A stretch of 64,000 nt of DNA from Truepera sp. (GCA_965218435.1 CBDCKW010000009.1:2496001-2560000); one strand, 5' to 3'; shown: positions 1-11,399, numbered from the stretch's first letter. Notes: a model not told the origin generated them from the sequence alone. A program made the numbers and translations.

Positions 1-30
1 GACCGACGCGGTGTTCCTCTTATTCGCCAT
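1..30 (-). CDS. rplJ: 50S ribosomal protein L10, N-terminal fragment (runs off window)
   Basis: ATG at 30 reading MANKRNTASV, with an AGGAAGG SD-like motif; lies downstream of rplA and of an L10 leader. Confidence 0.8.
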   Translation of the reverse strand, partial: MANKRNTASV

Positions 31-109
31 CAGGTACCTTCCTAAAAAGTGAGAACGTCAACCGCGAAGCACAACTAGCTCGGTAGTCTTAACCTTAAAA
101 CCGAACTAG

Positions 110-160
110 CGCCTCGGCAGGGTCTTTAAGCTTGGCAGCCCCTGCTGTCTCCAACGCCAA
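110..160 (-). promoter_or_regulatory. L10 leader (autoregulatory RNA)
   Basis: Minus strand GAGACAGCAGG...CTTAA...CCTGCCGAGG between rplA and rplJ matches the L10 leader consensus. Confidence 0.8.
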
Positions 161-229
161 AAAGGTGCTTCGCACCGAGATGCTTATCTAGTATTATCTC
201 GTTTCAGAACGAGATAATTTGCTTACTGC

Positions 230-913
230 TCAGCTACTGACCTGAACGCTCGGCCCCATTGTCGAGCTCAAGAAAACCGTGCGGACAAAAACGCCTCTAG
301 CCGTTTCAGGCTTCGCCGCTTCGACCGCGCTGCGAAACGCGCTCAGGTTTTCTTGCAACTTGGCTGCGTCAAAACTCGCTTTACCGATGGGGGCGTGAAC
401 GACGCCGGTTTTGTCGTTACGAAACTCGATCTGACCGGCTTTAAGGGCGCGGACTAACTCACCGATGTTTGGACCGACGGTGCCGGAACGCGGGTTCGGC
501 AGCAAACCACGTGGACCGAGGATACGGCCGAGTTTGCTCCCGACCGCGGCCATCATATCGGGCGTCGCAACCACAGCGTCAAACTCGAGCCACCCTCCCT
601 GAATCCGCGTGATCATTTCGTCGCCACCGACAACATCCGCGCCCGCCGCCTCCGCGTCGCCGACCTTTTCACCTTGCGTCAGTGCCAGCACACGAACCGT
701 ACGGCCGGTGCCGTGCGGCAAGGCGACCGTACCGCGCACGTTTTGATCCGACTTGCGGGGATCAATCCCGAGGCGGACGTGCGCTTCAACCGTTTCGTCA
801 AATTTAGCCGTTGCCAGTTCTTTCACGAGTGAGGTGGCTTCGTCACTCGAGTACACCTTGTCGGCGTCAACTTTTTCCAGCAGGCTCCGGTAGCGTTTGC
901 CGTGTTTAGGCAT
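230..913 (-). CDS. rplA: 50S ribosomal protein L1
   Basis: [17 protein letters not shown] and SSTMGP motifs. Confidence 0.99.
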   Translation of the reverse strand: MPKHGKRYRSLLEKVDADKVYSSDEATSLVKELATAKFDETVEAHVRLGIDPRKSDQNVRGTVALPHGTGRTVRVLALTQGEKVGDAEAAGADVVGGDEMITRIQGGWLEFDAVVATPDMMAAVGSKLGRILGPRGLLPNPRSGTVGPNIGELVRALKAGQIEFRNDKTGVVHAPIGKASFDAAKLQENLSAFRSAVEAAKPETARGVFVRTVFLSSTMGPSVQVSS

Positions 914-1343
914 CGGGTGCCCCCTCGATCGTCACACCCATCGAACGCGCTGTCCCGGCAATCACCTTGGCCGCAGCCGTTTCATCCGCCGCGTTGAGGT
1001 CTTTCATCTTGGTGCGGCCGAGTTCTAAGCACTGATCCCAGGTAAGTTTGCCGACCTTTTGCTTGTTCGGTACCCCTGAACCTTTAGCGATCCCCGCTGC
1101 TTGCTGAATGAGATAGCTCGCAGGCGGCGTTTTGGTAATAAAGGTAAAGGTTCGGTCGGCGAAGATGGTGATTTCAACCGGGACGATTGCGCCCGTTTGC
1201 GACGCGGTGACCGCGTTATATTCTTTGACGAACCCCATAATGTTGGCCCCATATTGACCAAGCGCCGGCCCGACGGGGGGGGCGGGTGTCGCCTTCCCTG
1301 CGGGCAGCTGGAGTTTTACGATGCCAGCAACTTTTTTTGCCAT
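906..1343 (-). CDS. rplK: 50S ribosomal protein L11
   Basis: [16 protein letters not shown] motif. Confidence 0.99.
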   Translation of the reverse strand: MAKKVAGIVKLQLPAGKATPAPPVGPALGQYGANIMGFVKEYNAVTASQTGAIVPVEITIFADRTFTFITKTPPASYLIQQAAGIAKGSGVPNKQKVGKLTWDQCLELGRTKMKDLNAADETAAAKVIAGTARSMGVTIEGAPDA

Positions 1344-1422
1344 ACTTCCTCCTTCTCCCCAACCGTGTGGCGCACGCGGGGTTCAAACGCAGGTTAGAGC
1401 TCTAGTTATGTCGTAACCGAAG

Positions 1423-1980
1423 CTAGCTTTTAATGACCTGTGAAAAGTCGAGTTCGACGGGCGTCTCGCGGCCAAAGATAGAGACGAGCACCTTGACCTT
1501 ACCGCGCTCCGGATTGAGTTCAGAGACGACGCCGGTAAAGTCGGCAAACGGCCCTGAGGTGACCTGGACGATGTTACCGACAGCGAAGCTGACTTTGACC
1601 TTGGGCGTTTCTTTAGTTCCGGTCAGCCCCATTGTCCCGAGCATCCGCGCCTCTTCTTCTTGGGTGAGCGGTACCGCGCGCGTCGCCGTCCCGACGAATC
1701 CCGTCACACCGGGTGTGTTACGAACAACTTCCCAGGCTTCGTTGGGCTCATCGGGGTTGTCGCCCATATCCATCTGAACGAAAACGTAACCAGGAAAAAG
1801 CTTGCGCCGCACGACCTCTTTTTTGCCGCCGCCTGCATGTTCAACAGTCTCTTCTGAAGGTACGATGACCTGGTAGATGAGGTCGGCGATCCCCAGCGAG
1901 CGGGCACGCTGCATCATGTTGGTACGAACCTTTTCCTCATGACCGACGTAGGTATGAACGGCGTACCATTCGATGCTCAT
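1423..1980 (-). CDS. nusG: Transcription termination/antitermination factor NusG
   Basis: NGN domain ([20 protein letters not shown]) plus KOW domain ([11 protein letters not shown]). Confidence 0.99.
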   Translation of the reverse strand: MSIEWYAVHTYVGHEEKVRTNMMQRARSLGIADLIYQVIVPSEETVEHAGGGKKEVVRRKLFPGYVFVQMDMGDNPDEPNEAWEVVRNTPGVTGFVGTATRAVPLTQEEEARMLGTMGLTGTKETPKVKVSFAVGNIVQVTSGPFADFTGVVSELNPERGKVKVLVSIFGRETPVELDFSQVIKS

Positions 1981-2027
1981 GCTAGCTCTATTTGTGGCAG
2001 TGCGCTCGTCATAAAAATCCTAAATTA

Positions 2028-2207
2028 CTAGAGAATTGCAGTGATGAGGTTGCCGAAAATCGCGTCAACCACGAGTAAAAACGCTACGGTAATCAGCACG
2101 AACACGAGCGTCGCCTGCGTTGACTGAATGACCTCTTCACGGGTCGGCCAGGTGACGCGGCCGAGTTCAGCGCGCGAATTCCGCAGGTAACGCAGCAAGC
2201 CTTTCAT
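2028..2207 (-). CDS. secE: Preprotein translocase SecE
   Basis: ELGRVTWP motif plus one TM helix; ATG at 2207 overlaps the rpmG stop (TGATG). Confidence 0.95.
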   Translation of the reverse strand: MKGLLRYLRNSRAELGRVTWPTREEVIQSTQATLVFVLITVAFLLVVDAIFGNLITAIL

Positions 2208-2371
2208 CAGGCTTTGACTTCGCGGTGTGGGGTATGTTTGCGGTCCCACGGACAGTATTTTTTGAGCTCGAGCTTTGCCTGGGTGTTGCGGCGGTTTTTA
2301 CTCGTCGCGTAGTTACGGCGTTTGCACTCTTGACACTCGAGCAGCAGCCTGATTCTTACATCACTCGCCAT
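2207..2371 (-). CDS. rpmG: 50S ribosomal protein L33 (54 aa, not in the ORF track)
   Basis: Manual translation [61 protein letters not shown]. Confidence 0.97.
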   Translation of the reverse strand: MASDVRIRLLLECQECKRRNYATSKNRRNTQAKLELKKYCPWDRKHTPHREVKA

Positions 2372-2414
2372 AATTCTCCTCTAAGGGGTGGCGTAACCAC
2401 CCCTAGTTACTGCG

Positions 2415-3632
2415 TTACTTGGTCACCTGACTAACGACACCAGCTCCAACGGTTCTGCCCCCTTCACGAATGGCAAAGCGCAAGCCCTCTTCCATCGCAA
2501 TGGGTTTGATCAGGTCCACGTCTAACTCGATGTTGTCGCCCGGCATCACCATCTCCACGCCGTCAGGCAAGGTGCACACCCCGGTGACGTCGGTGGTGCG
2601 GAAGTAAAACTGCGGCCGGTAGCCGGTAAAGAACGCGCTGTGCCGTCCGCCTTCTTCTTTTTTCAAGATGTACACCGAGCCCTTAAAGCCCGTGTGCGGG
2701 GTGATCGAGCCAGGCTTGGACAAGACCTGCCCACGTTCGATGTCGTCACGTTGCACCCCCCGGAGCAAGACGCCGACGTTATCCCCGGCAATCCCGGAGT
2801 CGAGCGTTTTCCGGTGCATCTCGACGCCGGTTACGATGCTCTTGCGGGTGTCCGTCAGACCGACAATCGCAATCTCTTCGCCGGTTTTAACCTGACCACG
2901 TTCGACCCGGCCGGTGGCGACTGTGCCGCGGCCGGTAATGGTAAACACGTCTTCTACCGGCATCAAGAAGGGGCGGTCGATGTCGCGTTCGGGGGTAGGG
3001 ATGTACGAGTCAACGGCGTCTAAGAGTTCCCAGATATGATCCACCCATTCGTTTTCGCCGCGTTGGGTGTTAGGGTTGGCGGTCAGGGCGTCCAAGGCTT
3101 TAAGGGCGGAGCCTTTGATCACCGGGATGTCGTCGCCGGGAAAGTCGTAAGACGACAAGAGCTCACGGACTTCCATCTCAACGAGTTCTAACAGTTCTTC
3201 GTCGTCGACCATATCGGTCTTGTTCATAAACACGACGATGTACGGCACGCCGACCTGACGGGCCAACAAGATATGTTCTCTCGTTTGCGGCATCGGGCCG
3301 TCGGCGGCTGAAACGACCAAGATCGCGCCGTCCATCTGGGCGGCTCCGGTAATCATGTTCTTCACGTAGTCGGCGTGACCGGGGCAGTCCACGTGCGAGT
3401 AGTGCCGCGCGGCTGTTTGGTACTCGACGTGCGAGGTGTTGATCGTAATGCCGCGAGCTTTCTCTTCGGGCGCTTTGTCGATCATGTCGTACGAGAGGGT
3501 CTCGATCGTCGGATCGGACGCTGCTGCCGTAAACGTAATCGCTGCGGTGAGGGTGGTCTTGCCGTGGTCGACGTGCCCCACTGTCCCAATATTCACGTGC
3601 GGCTTAGTCCGCGTAAAGGTCGCTCTTGCCAT
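2415..3632 (-). CDS. tuf: Elongation factor Tu
   Basis: [13 protein letters not shown] and [13 protein letters not shown] motifs. Confidence 0.99.
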   Translation of the reverse strand: MARATFTRTKPHVNIGTVGHVDHGKTTLTAAITFTAAASDPTIETLSYDMIDKAPEEKARGITINTSHVEYQTAARHYSHVDCPGHADYVKNMITGAAQMDGAILVVSAADGPMPQTREHILLARQVGVPYIVVFMNKTDMVDDEELLELVEMEVRELLSSYDFPGDDIPVIKGSALKALDALTANPNTQRGENEWVDHIWELLDAVDSYIPTPERDIDRPFLMPVEDVFTITGRGTVATGRVERGQVKTGEEIAIVGLTDTRKSIVTGVEMHRKTLDSGIAGDNVGVLLRGVQRDDIERGQVLSKPGSITPHTGFKGSVYILKKEEGGRHSAFFTGYRPQFYFRTTDVTGVCTLPDGVEMVMPGDNIELDVDLIKPIAMEEGLRFAIREGGRTVGAGVVSQVTK

Positions 3633-3721
3633 GCTTTTCTATTCCTCTCTTCGGCTTGCCACAGCCGGAACCGACCAGCCCGTCTGTTTGGGTCTGGTCG
3701 TATTTTAAGTTTGCCCGACGT

Positions 3722-3796
<75 letters not shown>

Positions 3797-3870
3797 CTAA
3801 CCGAGCTTGATCCAGAGTGAGCCGTTAAACTGCCAGCTGAACGTATCAGCCTTAAGCAATTCTAAACACC

Positions 3871-3946
<76 letters not shown>

Positions 3947-4110
3947 ACATCAGAGGTACCATCGGTGAAAACGATTCCTCGTTACAAGCAATACTACCGA
4001 TTAGCCAACGCTATTCGCGTAACCCGTAAGCAAGGCGTCTATTTTTCAGACGGCTTTGCCCCATCGCCATGATCATCTTTCGGACTGCTCCATAGATGAT
4101 ACTTGTGGTG

Positions 4111-4195
4111 TGGTGGGTAGGGCTGGATTTGAACCAGCGTAGGCGTAGCCAACGGATTTACAGTCCGTCCCCTTTAACCACTCGGGCACCTACCC
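4111..4195 (-). tRNA. tRNA-Tyr(GTA)
   Basis: Cloverleaf with long variable arm, CTGTAAA loop, CCA end. Confidence 0.97.
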
Positions 4196-4258
4196 GCGTA
4201 CACTCTAAAAATTTTATAGCATTCCTCTATAAATCTATAGATGATGCCTATAAAATTC

Positions 4259-4334
<76 letters not shown>

Positions 4335-6164
4335 CTAGTCGTCATCGGTCAGAACACGCGCTCTCGCAGCCGCGTCCGAATATGCAGGGTAGCACGCGCT
4401 CAGGAGGGTGTCAACACGCCCTGTTGCAGCTGCAGAAAATGAGCTGGGCAGGTTGGGCTTGGCAGCTAAACGCGCCAAAAAAGCCTCGGCGTTAGGCGCG
4501 GTATTGACCACCTCGGCGGCGGTTAAACCAGCCTTACGCGCCATCATCACACCGTAACGGAGGTCGCGGTAACCGTCCGGATGGTGGGCGTCGGGGTCTA
4601 TAGAGAAGCGGCAACCGAGCTCGCGGGCGCGGATCACTTCACGCCAGTCGAGGTCGAGACGGTAGGGATTTGCGTTGAGCTCAACAACGGTTCCGGTTTC
4701 GGCGCACGCCTGTAAAACTGCCTCGACGTCTAGCTCATAGCTCGGGCGACGGAGGAGTAAACGGCCGGTCATATGCGCTAAAATGTTCGCGTAAGGGTTT
4801 TGCACCGCGCGAATGACGCGCTCGGTTTGTTTGGCTTTGTCTAATGTAAAGTGTTGATGGACGCTCACGACCGCGTAGTCGAGGGTAGCGAGTACCTCGT
4901 CGGGGTAGTCGAGCGAGCCGTCAGGCATGATGTCAACCTCGAGCCCGTGCGACACCCGAAAGTCCGAGCCCTCGTCTTGCAGCTCCCGCTGAATCGCCCC
5001 AATCTCTTTGGCTTGGGCAAACACCCGCTCGACGCTGAGGCCGTTGGCGTAGTACGAGGTCTTCGAGTGGTCGGCCGTCGCCAGGTAGCTGTAACCCAGC
5101 GCACGCGCTTTTGCGACCATCTCACGAAGCGGCGCGGCCCCATCCGACCAGCTCGAGTGGTTATGCACGAGGCCGCGAATATCTGCGAGCGTAAGCAAAT
5201 TTTCAGCGGGCAACCCAAGCGGCACGTCACGGCGCTCGGGCGGCGTGTAGGGCAGCTCCAAAAGCCTAAAAACGTCGGTTTCGCTGGGGGTAGCGAGGCG
5301 CTCGTCTTTTCGGAAGAGCCCTGCTCGTATAAGCTCGAGCCCCTGCTCCTCAGCTCGAGCCTGAAGCGCCGCAGCGAAGGTTGCGTCGCCGGTTTCAAGC
5401 ACCAAAGTCGTCCCTAAAGCTGAAGCTTGAACGGGGATAAGCTCGAGCTTTCTCTCACCAAACACGACCCGAAAACCGGTTTCGGCCCTGTCAACTTCAC
5501 GGCAAAAGGTCGTCAGGCCCCGCCCCAGCGCGTCCGCCGTCACGCCCGTGACGAGCGCCTGAAGGGTTCCCACCGTTTCTAAAGAGCGCCGCAGTTCACC
5601 CGTCCAGGTCAAGGTCGCGTCCGGCAGGGCGGCGACGAAGGCGTCACCAAAAGTTGCCGCTATCACCTCGGCCTCGTCGAGCCGGAGCCGCGCCGCCGAA
5701 CGGAGCGCAAACTTCGCCGCTCCCAAGATCGTCTTGGCACTTTTAGCGCCGAACCCTCTCAGTTTAGCGACGCGCCCGTCTTCTATAGCGGCGACGAGTT
5801 CAGTGATGTTTTCAATTCCGCCGAGCCAGAGTAACCGTGCTTTTTTCGGACCCAAGCCCGAAATCTGCAAAAGCCCGCGCACACCCTCGGGAACCTGCGC
5901 GTAAAGCTCATCTAAAATGGCCAGCCGAGGCCGCGTCTGCAAGGCGTACAGCTCAGCAGCCAGCCCATTCCCGATACCGCGCAGCTCGTTTAGCCGCCGC
6001 TCATTAAACAGTTCGGCAAAACTGCCGGAAAAGGCGTCGAGTTGCCGCGCCGCGCCCGCGTAGAGGTTGACGCGGTAGCCGGGTGCGCCGAGCAACTCTA
6101 AAAGCCTCGAGGCTTCACCCAGCTGCCGAACCAACTCTTTTTGACCGACCAGCGGTGGCATCAT
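4335..6164 (-). CDS. polX: PolX-PHP (family X DNA polymerase-like/3'-5' exonuclease), non-canonical polymerase site
   Basis: HhH motifs (GIG, GLGPKK, GFGAKS), GELRR palm motif, PHP motifs HNH/DH/DPDAH; start chosen from TATAGT-6 nt-ATG. Confidence 0.93.
   Translation of the reverse strand: MMPPLVGQKELVRQLGEASRLLELLGAPGYRVNLYAGAARQLDAFSGSFAELFNERRLNELRGIGNGLAAELYALQTRPRLAILDELYAQVPEGVRGLLQISGLGPKKARLLWLGGIENITELVAAIEDGRVAKLRGFGAKSAKTILGAAKFALRSAARLRLDEAEVIAATFGDAFVAALPDATLTWTGELRRSLETVGTLQALVTGVTADALGRGLTTFCREVDRAETGFRVVFGERKLELIPVQASALGTTLVLETGDATFAAALQARAEEQGLELIRAGLFRKDERLATPSETDVFRLLELPYTPPERRDVPLGLPAENLLTLADIRGLVHNHSSWSDGAAPLREMVAKARALGYSYLATADHSKTSYYANGLSVERVFAQAKEIGAIQRELQDEGSDFRVSHGLEVDIMPDGSLDYPDEVLATLDYAVVSVHQHFTLDKAKQTERVIRAVQNPYANILAHMTGRLLLRRPSYELDVEAVLQACAETGTVVELNANPYRLDLDWREVIRARELGCRFSIDPDAHHPDGYRDLRYGVMMARKAGLTAAEVVNTAPNAEAFLARLAAKPNLPSSFSAAATGRVDTLLSACYPAYSDAAARARVLTDDD
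4386..4414 (-). promoter_or_regulatory. Sigma70-type promoter for the tRNA-tuf operon, inside the polX 3' end
   Basis: TTGACA-17 nt-TACCCT with extended TG, about 50 nt upstream of the first tRNA. Confidence 0.75.
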
Positions 6165-6211
6165 CACCAAACTATAACGCGCTCATAGCGCCCCTACGGT
6201 ACACTGCGCTC

Positions 6212-6757
6212 ATGCGCGCCGCTCTCGTGCCCCTCGTCTTCGTTTTTGGTTTCCTCTTCGGCATTGTCCCTGCACAGGCGCAAGTTACTACAAAGATGAC
6301 TCAAACTCAGCCCCCGCAAACTGCTAAAGATATAGGCCCGACTGAAGACAACCGAGCACCGACGCTGTGGCTCGAGTCGGGTCTCGGGTATCGGCCCGGC
6401 ACGGAGGAAGCACTCGTGCCGCACCTGCGGATCGGCTTTCGCGGGATTCAGCCGCTAACCGACACCGCCGCCGTCTACGCGGCCTTTGCTGTAGACGGTG
6501 ACCTTACCCTCGATATGGGCGGTTGGTTCAGCTTTTTGCCCGGCGAGGGCGACGTGTTCGGTTTTCGCAGCTACGCCGGAACGGGCCTCAGCTTCGTCGC
6601 CGGGTCGTTTGGAATTGCGCTCAGCGCGGCGCTCAGCTACGAGCTTTCAGCGGACACCTCGCTGATCCTCGTCTATACGCACCGCCCGCTGTTTTTCCCC
6701 GAACGCGGCCAGTCGTTCGACGTCTCGCTCGGCGTTTCGTTCCAGGCACCTGAGTGA
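6212..6757 (+). CDS. Secreted hypothetical protein, possible small outer-membrane beta-barrel
   Basis: Signal peptide ending PAQA, alternating beta-strand pattern, C-terminal LGVSF; TACACT-6 nt-ATG. Confidence 0.6.
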   Translation: MRAALVPLVFVFGFLFGIVPAQAQVTTKMTQTQPPQTAKDIGPTEDNRAPTLWLESGLGYRPGTEEALVPHLRIGFRGIQPLTDTAAVYAAFAVDGDLTLDMGGWFSFLPGEGDVFGFRSYAGTGLSFVAGSFGIALSAALSYELSADTSLILVYTHRPLFFPERGQSFDVSLGVSFQAPE

Positions 6758-6788
6758 GTATGGGCGTGAGCAGGGTAGACTTCGGCGT

Positions 6789-7337
6789 ATGAGCATTAAA
6801 CCCGATTGGTGGATTCGGCAAGAAGCGCACAAAGGGATGATCGAGCCCTTTGAAGACCGCTTAGTCCGGCAGGGCGTCATCTCGTACGGGCTTTCGTCGT
6901 TTGGTTACGACCTCCGCGCCGCCCCTGAATGGCGCATTTTCGTCAACGTCTTTAACACCGTCGTAGACCCGAAAAACTTCGATTTGCGCGGACTTGTCGA
7001 GGCAGAAGGTGACACCTGTATCATCCCGCCTAACTCGTTTGTGTTGACGCGCTCGGTCGAGTATCTGCGGATTCCAGACGACGTGATGGTCGTGGCGCTC
7101 GGCAAATCATCTTACGCACGCTGCGGTATTGTGGCGAACGTGACGCCGCTCGAGCCCGGTTGGGAAGGGCACGTGACTTTGGAGCTGTCAAACACGACGC
7201 CGCTCCCCGCCAAGGTTTACGCGAACGAAGGTATCGTGCAACTGCTCTTTTTTCAGGGCGATAAACCCGAAGTCAGCTACGCGTCAAGGCAAGGAAAGTA
7301 TCAGGGGCAGCGCGGCGTCACCTTGCCCAAACTGTAA
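6789..7337 (+). CDS. dcd: dCTP deaminase
   Basis: [20 protein letters not shown] and TPLEPGWEG motifs. Confidence 0.97.
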   Translation: MSIKPDWWIRQEAHKGMIEPFEDRLVRQGVISYGLSSFGYDLRAAPEWRIFVNVFNTVVDPKNFDLRGLVEAEGDTCIIPPNSFVLTRSVEYLRIPDDVMVVALGKSSYARCGIVANVTPLEPGWEGHVTLELSNTTPLPAKVYANEGIVQLLFFQGDKPEVSYASRQGKYQGQRGVTLPKL

Positions 7338-7770
7338 AGACCTAGCTCCTGTTGCCTCAATTCATTTAAGGTGGTTCTCAACTATGTGCCAAAAAAGAGC
7401 AAGCACCGAGAAAGTTTCGGAATATCAGCACTTACCTCGTTTCCAATAAGCTTAATAAGGACAATACCATACTTGATGCGCCTAACCCCGTAACAATTTG
7501 CTTCAAAGGGGCTGGCATTATCACGGGTAGAAGCAAAGACGCTGTAGGTCAACTGAGCTGCTTACACGTTGTAACGGGCCGGAATGCTGCGATAGCCATA
7601 TAGCCTCTTTCGCGAAATCTTTCTACCTTGCTTTACTAGCGCGCGAGTTTGACCACAAAAAGCGGATAGTAAAGTCTAGCCACGAACCGATAAGGTAAGC
7701 GTCGTTGCGGTGAGCAGGTCTAACTAGGTAGACGCTCGACTTACACGCGATAAACGACAGGAGCAGCGAT

Positions 7771-8511
7771 ATGGAACAAGTTGAAGCTAAAGTGGCGCTC
7801 GTCATGGGCGGCTCGCGCGGCATCGGCGCAGCCATTGTCAAACGCCTCGCCAGGGACGGGATCAGGGTTGCGCTCACCTATCTTAATAGCCCAGCCGACG
7901 CCGAAATGGTGGCAGGTGAGATCAACACCTCAGTACAGGAAGCCAAAGCGTACCAAACCGATAGTGCCGACCCACAAGCCGTACAGAAGGTAATCGAACA
8001 GGTCATCGCGGATTTCGGGCGGCTCGACATCCTGGTGAACAACGCTGGGATAGGGATTCTCAAACCACTCGACCAACTCACCCTTGACGATTTTGACAAG
8101 CTTGTGAATACAAACGTCCGCGCGGTGTTCGTCGGCGTTCAGGCAGCCGCACGGCATATGTCCGAGGGCGGACGGATCGTCACCATCGGGAGCTGCAACG
8201 CCGAGCGCGTCCCGGAGCCCAACATGAGCCTCTACGCCATGAGCAAGTCGGCGCTCGTCGGCTTGACGAAAGGGCTGGCGCGCGACCTCGGGCCGCGCGG
8301 CGTCACGGTCAACTTAGTCCAGCCCGGCCCCACAGACACCGACATGAATCCGGCAATCGGCCCGTTTGCCGAGCCGCAGCGCAGTCTACTCGCTACGGGA
8401 CGTTTTGGGGACCCGGACGAGGTAGCTGGGCTCGTGTCGTATCTCACCCGTTTTGAAAGCTCATCCATAACCGGGGCGACGCTCAACACTGACGGTGGCT
8501 ACACGGCTTAG
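7771..8511 (+). CDS. Short-chain dehydrogenase/reductase
   Basis: GGSRGIG, NNAG and YAMSK motifs. Confidence 0.95.
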   Translation: MEQVEAKVALVMGGSRGIGAAIVKRLARDGIRVALTYLNSPADAEMVAGEINTSVQEAKAYQTDSADPQAVQKVIEQVIADFGRLDILVNNAGIGILKPLDQLTLDDFDKLVNTNVRAVFVGVQAAARHMSEGGRIVTIGSCNAERVPEPNMSLYAMSKSALVGLTKGLARDLGPRGVTVNLVQPGPTDTDMNPAIGPFAEPQRSLLATGRFGDPDEVAGLVSYLTRFESSSITGATLNTDGGYTA

Positions 8512-8561
8512 GCAAAAAAACGCACGCTACGCTGGCCGGGTTGATTGCAAAACCAACATTG

Positions 8562-8594
8562 TGGGGGCTAGCCCAGAGGGTCTAGCTCCTTTTT
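8562..8594 (+). terminator. Probable intrinsic terminator after the SDR gene
   Basis: GGGGCTAG...CTAGCTCC stem followed by a T-run. Confidence 0.55.
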
Positions 8595-8789
8595 CTATGC
8601 CAGACTGCAATAGCAGTATTAGCACTAGGGTGGACGGTCATGCCGTTGTACAGCGGTATTAGCGCCGTAGCGGTGAGACTTTGAGCGAAGAGATACTCAC
8701 TAAAAGTTCTTAGCGCATTAAGTATGTTGCCCTTAAAGTTATCTATTAAACTGTAGCTGTAAGCGCACTACAGTTGTAAGTACTGTCTG

Positions 8790-9330
8790 CTAGTCTTCCT
8801 CTTCAACAGCAGGCAGAGTAACGCGAAACGTCGTCCCGCGCTCCTTAAAGCTTTCAACCAAGAGCGTCCCGCCGTGTGCGTCAGCAATCTGCTTGGCAAT
8901 CGCTAAACCGAGGCCCGCGCCGCCCACGCCTTTATGAAACTTTTCAAAGATGTGCGGGAGCAGCTCTTCAGGGATGCCGGGACCACGGTCGCGTACGAGC
9001 AGCACCACGTGCTCGTCGGTAGTAAAGAGGCCCAAGGTAACCTTGCGCGGGTTGTCGGTCGCACGCACCGCGTTGGCGGTGAGGTTACGGACGAGCTGTT
9101 TGAGGCTGTCGGGATCGCCGAGGAGCAGGTGACCGGCCTGGGCCTCGAGCCTGACTCCCGGAAACTCTTCGGCGACGGGTTTGAGGATGTCGGTCGCGGG
9201 GTCTAACAGGTGCGGCGTGTAGTCGCGGACGAGCTGCCCCCGGGTCAGTTGCAACGCTTTGAATGACGGAGCGTTGGAGCAGCAGGTACCAGATAAAGAC
9301 CGGTAAAGCGGTAAAAGCCGCGCCCGCCAT
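8790..9330 (-). pseudogene. Sensor histidine kinase remnant
   Basis: HATPase boxes (NLTANA, DRGPG, GAGLGL) in one frame and a TM-like N-terminus in another; no His-phosphorylation (HisKA) domain. Confidence 0.7.
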
Positions 9331-9590
9331 AAGTTATCCGTACTGAACCTAGTCGAAGGTATTGACGAGGTTCGTCATAAACTGTCGGTTAGGCCCACTA
9401 AAGCCGTTCCAAAAGAGAATTTTCTGTCCCTGCCGCTGCAGTGCAAGTCGTCTGGAATTGGGCCAGACTGCCGCTGCTGCCAAGCAAAAGCGCGGCTACG
9501 CCTGCTGCTTTAATGGCTGTTTTTTATGGCTGTCTTCTCCTTGACCAGCTGGTTTTGCTGCTACGAGTAAGCGTTAGCTGCTAACTGACT

Positions 9591-11399
9591 TCAGCGCCAC
9601 GTCCTTTCCCCAGGCTTGAGTTTTGACACTCGGACTTCAGCAAAGGTCGCTGTAAAGTCCGACCCGCCCATCGCCACGAGGCCGAGACGAGCTTCGCCCA
9701 ACGTGTGCGTCCAGGTACCGCCGCGAACCCAGGACTTTCCGTCTTGCCGGGTATAAGCCGTGTAGTACTCCTGGTCTCCTTCGCTGCGCCGCACAATTCT
9801 CAGGTCGGTCCAGTCACCGACAGGGCCGACCACCGTATTGCCGTAACGCGGGAACCCTGCCTTAACGGGAAACAGCTCTTTGGCAAACTCGGTCTGCCGC
9901 GTCTCGAAGATGGAGGTGGTAGCGAGCTTGATAAAGTTGTCGTCGTCGCCATAAACGACCAGCCCCGCTTGGACGAAGTTAAAGCAGCACCCTTCAGCCG
10001 GAACATCGAGCTTGACGCGGGTCTCCAGCACCAAATCACCGGAGGGCAGTGCGTGGGTCAGCACCGAAGCGGTGTTGCTGTCTTCAAAGAGGTCGGCAGC
10101 TTGCGTCGCAATGCTCAAGGTGCCGTTCGCCACCTTGTAGGTGTCCGCTGCAGGTTTACGAACCCAGCTCCAGCTGGAGTCCAGCGCACTGCCACGAAAC
10201 GAATCACGAAAGAGTTCCTTGCCTACACGGTTGTCCCTCAAGGGGCGCGCTTTAACGTGCGACTTTTGTCCCGGTTGCGCCGCCGGTGCTTCTTGCCGCT
10301 CGTCCGACGCCCAGCGGCCTGCCCGGACGCTCGGCCAACCGTCGACCCACTCGAGCGGGTCCAGCAAAACAGGGCGTTTAGTAAAGCCTACCGCGCCCTC
10401 GAAGTACGGATCATTACGGTCAACTGCGTGGTAGACGAGCCACTCCTGACCCGAAAAGTCGGTGATCGTATCGTTGTGGCCGGTGCCGACCCAGCGGTTG
10501 CCGTTCATGCTGACAACCGGCGTTCCGCCGACGCGCCCGGCGAGTAGCGACGCGCCGTCTTTATCTACAAACGGACCTAGTGGGCTCCGCGAACGTCCGG
10601 CAAAGACGCTGTAGCCGGTCAGCGGTCCACGGCAACAGTCCGTCGCCGAGGCTAACAGATAGTAGTAGCCGCTGTGCTCTACGATCTGGGTCCCTTCGTA
10701 GCGGTTGGCGATAGTGATCCGGGTTTCGGTGTCGGGCAGCGTCCTTAGCCCGTCTTTAGAAAGCTCACGAACGAATACGCCGCCGTAGTACGACCCGAAG
10801 TAAAGGTAGCGTTTACCCTGCGCCTCGAGCACTTCGGGGTCAAAGGTCCAAAAAAAGCCGTCGCCGTTCGGGTCTTTCCTCGGCGCAACAACCGGCCCGC
10901 CCGCGTCCGTCCACGGTCCGGTGGGGCTGTCGCTCGTCGCCACCCCGATGGCGCTACCACCCACGTCCGTTTCCGGAGCCGTGTAGTAGAGGTAGTATTG
11001 ACCGTTGAAGTACCTAACTTCAGGTGCCCAGAGACCGGCGGCGTCGCCAACCCAACCCGGCCGCTCGCTAAAGGCGTTGCCTTGATAGTCCCAGTTCACC
11101 AGGTCGAGCGAACGGTAGGTAGGGATGAGGTTGAAGTTAAATTCGCCGTTCTCCGCCCGGTCGTTGCCGTTTAGCGGGTCGGTGGTGCAGTAGAGATACC
11201 AGTAGCGGTCGCCTTTAGTTTGTCCGTGAATCACCACAGGGTCGGCGCACGACTCGGCTGTCTCACCTTTAGCGACGTTAAGCGTAAGCGGATTTTGAAA
11301 CTTTCCCGGATTAGCCGTAGGCCCCTGCAGCTCGAGACTCTCCAACTGCTGACAAGCGGCCAAGAACAGCACTAAACAGCAACCTAGCATTCGTTTCAT
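9591..11399 (-). CDS. GH43 glycoside hydrolase lipoprotein with C-terminal beta-sandwich
   Basis: Lipobox FLAAC; ADP, WAP, FDP and YEG GH43 motifs. Confidence 0.9.
   Translation of the reverse strand: MKRMLGCCLVLFLAACQQLESLELQGPTANPGKFQNPLTLNVAKGETAESCADPVVIHGQTKGDRYWYLYCTTDPLNGNDRAENGEFNFNLIPTYRSLDLVNWDYQGNAFSERPGWVGDAAGLWAPEVRYFNGQYYLYYTAPETDVGGSAIGVATSDSPTGPWTDAGGPVVAPRKDPNGDGFFWTFDPEVLEAQGKRYLYFGSYYGGVFVRELSKDGLRTLPDTETRITIANRYEGTQIVEHSGYYYLLASATDCCRGPLTGYSVFAGRSRSPLGPFVDKDGASLLAGRVGGTPVVSMNGNRWVGTGHNDTITDFSGQEWLVYHAVDRNDPYFEGAVGFTKRPVLLDPLEWVDGWPSVRAGRWASDERQEAPAAQPGQKSHVKARPLRDNRVGKELFRDSFRGSALDSSWSWVRKPAADTYKVANGTLSIATQAADLFEDSNTASVLTHALPSGDLVLETRVKLDVPAEGCCFNFVQAGLVVYGDDDNFIKLATTSIFETRQTEFAKELFPVKAGFPRYGNTVVGPVGDWTDLRIVRRSEGDQEYYTAYTRQDGKSWVRGGTWTHTLGEARLGLVAMGGSDFTATFAEVRVSKLKPGERTWR

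Noticed and set aside
7718..7733. Imperfect palindrome GTCTAACTAGGTAGAC upstream of the SDR gene
   Set aside because: Could be a TetR-type operator, but there is no adjacent regulator or second copy
9339..9395. REP-like CTGAACCTAGTCGAAGG and a GTTAGGC core site
   Set aside because: Single copy, with no matching RYYYAAC arm or cassette gene
9705..10547. Long antisense ORFs (also 37334-38173, 38669-39283, 53800-54414, 4851-5417)
   Set aside because: Shadow frames of well-supported genes in GC-rich DNA
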